This document shows, one piece after another, positions 58,955-64,000 of a stretch of DNA of 64,000 nt. The notes below the pieces were generated by a model. It saw only the letters and a program-made list of their open reading frames with translations, had not been told where the DNA came from and did no database searches. The first letter of the stretch is position 1; each line of letters starts with the position of its first letter. Source of the stretch: Myxococcota bacterium (GTDB lineage Bacteria; Myxococcota_A; UBA9160; SZUA-336); NCBI GenBank assembly GCA_965247115.1, contig CBDFGR010000002.1, positions 2,153,249-2,217,248 of the forward strand. The letters run 5' to 3'. Made by a program: the position numbers and the translations under genes.

Positions 58955-59103
58955 TCACTCGCCATGTCTGTCTGCGAGAGATGCACTCTGCATCTCCCAG
59001 TTCCAGATCGGCTCTGGCGAAGCCACTTCACGGATTGGTTAGGCCCGTGCGCCCACGTCCGGTTTAGGTTCCGGCAACCACGTCACGGCTTCTCGGCGCC
59101 GTG
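58955..59103 (-). promoter_or_regulatory. Structured capsid leader: tandem hairpins with repeated GANNTGG
   Basis: Five stems and six GANNTGG copies in about 150 nt (detailed in findings). Confidence 0.55.
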
Positions 59104-59110
59104 CAGCCTT

Positions 59111-60403
59111 CTAATTTGGAGGCGTGGACGACTCGAGCTCTCGAATCGCACCCTGCATCAGCCTCTCCACCTCTTCCGGGTTCTCCCGGACGAGCTGGTC
59201 TATGGTCTGATCGAACAGCTTGTTCATGTGCGAGTCCGGTTCGGGTCGAACGCCCCCACGGCGATTCATGGTAGGAGGCTTTTCTGGGAGAGGCAAGGCT
59301 GGGCTTGCCGTAGCTGCTGGCGGAGTCGCGCTCGGCGCCGGCGCCGCAGGTTCCGTCGGGCTTCCCGGGACCGCGGGTTCCGGAGTTGCGTCCGGAGCCA
59401 GTCCGGTTGCCTCCCCGGCCGGCCGCCCTCCCGGAAACCACTTGCGGCTGTACCCCCTTACGATGCGTTCGAGCACGCGACCACCGTGCACCATGTCCAT
59501 CAGGTCCTCGACCTCGACGTCGGGGTAGTGCTCGTTCATCTGCTCATCCAGCCGGTACGCCTGAATCACGCGCAGCGTGTCATCCTCGGTGGTGAGCTGG
59601 TGACCAAACTTCGCCACGGCGCTGCGAACTCCGCTGGCAATGAACTGACGAGCGAGCTCCAAGCGATCGAGCGTGCGCGCGTTCGCGGGATCTCGCGTTG
59701 CGATCGCTGCTATCTCGCTCTGAAGCTGCGTTCGTGACTCCGCGGCGGGATCCGGTTCGGGCGTCTCTGGCTCGGGTGAGACGCTCTTGAGGAACTTCTC
59801 CGCGTGCTCCGTGGGGATATAGAACTCGCCGGTCTCCTCGTCCCGCTCCACTTGCAGGCGCTCCGGCTTCTTCGGCTCGGCCGTCGGTTGTGGCGGTGCG
59901 GCGGCTCCGCGCACCTGGTGCAGAAGCGCCTCCGCGGCTCGCCGGCGAGCTTCCGACTCGAGCACCACGGATCTCAGATTCTCGGCCTCGCTCGTGGCCT
60001 CGGAGCGCTGCTGGTTCGAGCGCGCGATCGCTCCGCGCTGGCCGACGTACTGGCTGTAGAGGCCCAGGATCTCCTCGCGCGCGGGCTGTTGTAGGTCGAG
60101 ACGACCGACCCACTCCTTGAACTTCTCCGGGTCCGAGAGCGGCGAGTCCGCTGCGGGCGCTCCGACGACCGGCTCGACGGGTGCTTCCACGATCGGCATC
60201 GGAGGCTCTGCGGTCACAGTCGGCGCGGGCGTGACGGACGGCTCCGGAACCGCTGGTTTCTTGGTCGGCTCGGTCGCGGGATCGGGTTCTGGCTCCGGCG
60301 GTCTCAGAACCTCCAGGTCCTCGGCCGTGACTTCCATGCCCTCCATGCCTTCGATCTTCGGGAGTTCGGGCCCCGGAACGACCGTGGTCTCCTTGTCAGC
60401 CAT
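59111..60403 (-). CDS. Scaffolding protein (putative)
   Basis: Pro/Glu-rich disordered ends with a central coiled coil; lies between portal and capsid; AAGGAG RBS. Confidence 0.7.
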   Translation of the reverse strand: MADKETTVVPGPELPKIEGMEGMEVTAEDLEVLRPPEPEPDPATEPTKKPAVPEPSVTPAPTVTAEPPMPIVEAPVEPVVGAPAADSPLSDPEKFKEWVGRLDLQQPAREEILGLYSQYVGQRGAIARSNQQRSEATSEAENLRSVVLESEARRRAAEALLHQVRGAAAPPQPTAEPKKPERLQVERDEETGEFYIPTEHAEKFLKSVSPEPETPEPDPAAESRTQLQSEIAAIATRDPANARTLDRLELARQFIASGVRSAVAKFGHQLTTEDDTLRVIQAYRLDEQMNEHYPDVEVEDLMDMVHGGRVLERIVRGYSRKWFPGGRPAGEATGLAPDATPEPAVPGSPTEPAAPAPSATPPAATASPALPLPEKPPTMNRRGGVRPEPDSHMNKLFDQTIDQLVRENPEEVERLMQGAIRELESSTPPN

Positions 60404-60650
60404 GCCTACGTTCTCCTTCTGGCGCCGGGGCGATCTCGCCCACTACGCGCGGTCTGTTCTGCAGCTGCGTCGTTTCAACGCGCAGCGAGTTCACGTACTC
60501 CTTCAGGTCGCTCACGAGGTACCGGATGCACTGCCGCGATAGCCGGATGAACGGGGGGCCGTGCCGCTTGCGTCGCCACTCCCACATTTGCCTCGTAGAG
60601 ATGCCGAGAAATCGCGCAGCCTCTTCCGTGGTCCACAGCTCGTCTTCCAT
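60396..60650 (-). CDS. Excisionase/AlpA-like winged HTH DNA-binding protein
   Basis: LWTTEEAARFLGISTRQMWEWRR..GPPFIRLS..IRYLVSDL pattern. Confidence 0.85.
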   Translation of the reverse strand: MEDELWTTEEAARFLGISTRQMWEWRRKRHGPPFIRLSRQCIRYLVSDLKEYVNSLRVETTQLQNRPRVVGEIAPAPEGERRHG

Positions 60651-60662
60651 GCCTTCGTCGTC

Positions 60663-62818
60663 CTAGATGCCGGGGCGTACGCCGCGGTCGGCTTCGGCCA
60701 GCATTCGCGCATCGAGCGCGATCTCTGGGTTCAACACGGGATCCTGCAGGCGCGTCTCTTCCTCCATGTCCGCGAAGCGGAGGAAGTCGCCAAGGGTCTC
60801 GAGCAGCACCTGCTTCTCGTCGTCGTCGGCCTTCTGGTACACCGCGAGCAGCCGCGCCAGGAAATCGCGCTCGCTCTTTAGGTCCTGGACGAGCTCGAGC
60901 TGGGTGTTGTGGCGCTCTCGCTCCTCGAGTTCGCCAGCCTTGAGCTGCGTCTCGAGCTTCTGGATCGCCATGTCGGAGGCCAGCTTCGCCGACAGCTGCT
61001 GCTGCGACTGGCTCGTCTGCTCGGCCTGCGCGCGATTCAGCGCCTCGATGTGAGCTACCAGTCTGTTCCGCTTGTCTTGCGCGATCGGCAGCTGATCGAC
61101 GAGCACGGTCGGATCGATCGGCACCTGGAACTGCACCATCTGCAGCATGATCTGGAGCTGCAGGAGCGAGATGGTCGTGTTCGCAGCCGTTAGATCCAGC
61201 TCGATGTCCCACTCCATGTCGGCCAGGCCCGAGATCCGCGCGGACTCCTGGGTCGTGAGGTCCGTGACGACGCCGTCCCGGACGCGCCAGCGGTTTGGAT
61301 TCCCGAGCATGGCCTCGATCTGATTGTCCGGCAGCACGTTCACGATGATGTCGATGACAGCCTCGAGCTGACGTTTCTGGTAACTCTGGTAGTTCTGCAG
61401 GTTCTTCGTGATCGCCATGATCGATCGGCGGTAACGCAAAAGCGCGGTGGTCGCGGGCTCGTTCGCCGCACGATCGCCCAGCATGGTGTCGATATTCACG
61501 CCCGAAATCCGGAAGAACATCTGAAGTGCGCGGTCTGCCATTTCAGCGGAAGCGCTGGGCATCGTTGGCACCTCCCGCTTCTGGATCTTGCCTGCAGCCA
61601 AAGCGCCAGTCTTGAGCTTCGTGATCGCTCCGGCGGTCCTCATCGTTGTCTCCGCGTCGTCGTCATCCACGAACGCGTCGGACTCGGCGAAAACACCGGG
61701 CATCACCTGAGTGTTTAGCATGTGCAGCGTCTGCGAGTGACGCTTGTTGATCTCTTTCTGCGGGTCGACCAGGTCGCGGATCAACCCGCGCGGCTCGCCG
61801 GTCAGATGATCGCGGTCGCAGACGTACGCCTTGATGGAGAAGCCGCGCATCGGTACGGGCTGCACGTCGTCGAAAAGAATTTTCGTGCCGATGAGCTCGA
61901 GCCAACGGATCTCTTCCTCCCATACCGCCGAGAACTCGATCGGCAGGCCTGCCTGGCGGAATATGCGGAAATTCCGTTCGCTGATGCGTTCGGCCTTTCG
62001 AGTGTTCGGATTCAACGCATAGAAGCGTCGCACCGACTGGCGATATTCCACGTGGAGCACTCGAATCAGTCGACGTCGTCGGTCGAAGTAGAGCGTGTCT
62101 TCCGCAGCACCGGGTAGATCCAGCGGACTCGTCGGCTGCACGTGGAGCTCTTGGCTCGTCTCGGGGATCTCGCGATACCCGATACCCGAGTGCACCCGCT
62201 CGAGCTCGAAGATCTCGCGCACCTCGGCTGCGTGCTGGGGGAACTCTTGCGCGAACTCCCCTTCTCGTAGCCATCGGTTCCAGATGATGAACTGTGCATC
62301 CCGGAGATCTCGACGCTGAGCGCCTGGATCGATGAGGATCTCGAAGGGGTGGACGGGGTCGATGGTGAAGTCCAGAAACATCGGATTGCCGGCGCGCGGG
62401 TTCACGTCGACGACCGTGTACCCGATGCCGCCGATGCAGCCCTTCTCGAAGGCCTCCGAGTCGGCGAAATCCGCGTCTGTTTGACGACGGATTGCCTTCC
62501 AGAGCCGGTTGAAGATCATCGCGCGAAACTGATCTTCGGGCCCTGACGGGCATGGCACGGGCTTCCCGCTTCGCATCCTCGTGCGCGCCGATCATCTCGC
62601 GGGATCACGACCTGCTGCAGGTTGAACGTCAGAGCAGGGCGATTCTGATCTTTCAGCACCGCGAGATCTTCGGGATCCCACTGGTTCTCGCCGCCGGAGT
62701 GGAAACGAAAATCCCGCCGCATCGTGAGGAACCACTTGTTCCACACATCGAGGGTCTGCGTGAAGAGGTTCCGAGCCGCTACGAGCTTCTGCTCTTCTGT
62801 CAGGCCGTGAAAGAACAT
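60663..62818 (-). CDS. Portal protein (P22-like), frameshifted near 62540-62620
   Basis: QWDPEDL...RPALTFN, then MIGAHEDAKREA, then GPED...DSEAF...DPQKEINKRHS, in three different frames. Confidence 0.82.
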
Positions 62819-62832
62819 GCGCCCTCAGGCTC

Positions 62833-63362
62833 CTACTCCTGCTCCGATGGGACCCGCTGCTGTGGCGGGTCGGTATTCGGAGTGTCGCCGCCGAACTCTT
62901 GGGGACCAGGACGTTCCCGGCCTTCGCCCGTCGGTGGCACCTCGGGGGGATCCGCCCACCTCCGGCAGACGATTGGCGGTCGGGTTCGAAGGATCCTCGG
63001 GGTTCGGAGCGGGCGGCGCGACCGCCTTCGATTCATCGGGGGACGAGATCTTCGCGGATCCCGCTCGGCAGTTTGTTGAACGCGACGCGCTCGTAATGGG
63101 CTTGGAAGTCCTGGGCCCGTTCGACGAATCGGTGGCTGTCACGGAGATCCTGGCACAGGTAGTCTCCCGTACCTCCGCCCGTCACGTATGCGGGACAGAT
63201 CTGCCCCTTGGCATTGCGGTACTGCCGCTGCCGCACGGTGAAGCCGCCCTCGCCGTACACCTGCTGAGCGCGCACGTACTGCCTGACCTTCTTCTTCGGG
63301 TCCGGATCCGCGAGCTCGCGGACGTAGAAGTTCGCGTTCTTTGCCTCTTCCATCTCGAGCAT
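62833..63362 (-). CDS. Hypothetical phage protein, probably frameshifted in its 3' part
   Basis: GGGAGAG RBS; starts MLEMEEAKNANF; the first frame stops at 63033 while other frames continue to about 62833. Confidence 0.45.
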
Positions 63363-63376
63363 CGTTTCTCTCCCTG

Positions 63377-64000
63377 CTATGCGGACATGAACGAACGCGG
63401 CCGTGATCGCGTGCGCCCTCTCATTCCGCTGAACCTTGGTTTCGATCGACGCCTGCTCGGCCGCGATCACCGAGTAGTTGAACGAGTGGCGGAAATCGTC
63501 GTTCTTCACGCCCTTGCAGCGCCACTTCGCTGTCGGATCCCCGGGTCCTCGGGTCCTCCTCGAGGATGCGCACCAGGTTCTTCATCTGCGGCATGATGAG
63601 ATCGCGGAACTGCCGGTCTGGCCGTGGCAGCTCCACCAGCTTGGCCCACGATGATCTTGTGCGAAGCGTCAAGGCTCTCGGTGCGATTCACGTTCACCAT
63701 CCGAGACTTCGGATCCCAGAGGTAGCTCTCCTTGCGGTGCGCGTCGTAGAGGCAGCCCCACCCAGCCCGGACTCGGTCTTCACGAAGTCGCGGACCGCGC
63801 GCGTCTCGGCGCCGGCGTCCATGACTCCGATCTCTACCTTGTAGCGCTGATTGAGGTCGTGGACGTCTTGGAAGCTCTCGGCGACATGAAACGCATGGAT
63901 GCGGCGGTGCGTTCGCTCCGTCTCGAACCGACGGTGTAGTAGATGTACTTCTTGCCAACGTCGGCGCCGCAAACGACGGACCCTCGTACGCGAGTCGGCG
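63377..64000 (-). pseudogene. Terminase large subunit C-terminal nuclease domain (GpA-like), multiply frameshifted, partial
   Basis: Segments GADVGKKY, VMDAGAETRAVRDF, VNRTESLD, NLVRILEED, NDDFRHSFNY and RSFMSA* lie in alternating frames directly upstream of the portal block. Confidence 0.68.

Larger units (their letters stand above)
47050..64000 (-). mobile_element. Prophage late region, podovirus-like; continues beyond right edge, probably defective
   Basis: Co-oriented, tightly coupled genes in the order terminase, portal, scaffold, major capsid, adaptor, tail, ejection proteins, lysis. No tape measure or sheath gene is recognisable. Confidence 0.9.

Noticed and set aside
47050..64000. 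Gene transfer agent, tailocin or diversity-generating retroelement
   Set aside because: The gene order fits an ordinary podovirus late operon; no sheath/tube, reverse transcriptase or TR/VR repeat pair is seen in the window.

Overview
GC-rich window from a diderm bacterium. The gene set suggests Myxococcota/Binatia-like affinity, but that is inference only. Positions 1-46.7 kb are a mosaic of catabolic genes: a Baeyer-Villiger monooxygenase, an amidase, CoA-transferases, acyl-CoA dehydrogenases, LLM oxidoreductases, a PQQ dehydrogenase near a YncD/PqqU-like TonB receptor, and bioB. Several deletion-scarred gene fragments and one decayed tandem duplicate lie among them. Main highlights: (1) a five-gene minus-strand operon (20992-29555) with an inner-membrane heme-b-like protein, 21-heme and 27(+1)-heme cytochromes, an AMIN/TPR beta-barrel and a Sel1-ankyrin protein, resembling a PCC3-type electron conduit; (2) a hidden UGSC selenoprotein read through an in-frame TGA with a SECIS-like hairpin (42312-42842); (3) an isolated 3' half of tRNA-Phe, an att-like scar (40828-40876); (4) the late region of a podovirus-like prophage (about 47.0-64 kb, running off the right edge). 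The prophage has an Xis-like HTH gene between portal and scaffold, a hairpin/GANNTGG array in the capsid leader, and a lysis cassette with two M15-type peptidases plus a phospholipase A2-like gene. It also shows a microhomology deletion in the tail genes and many frameshifts in terminase and portal. All family calls come from motif recognition by eye; no searches were run.
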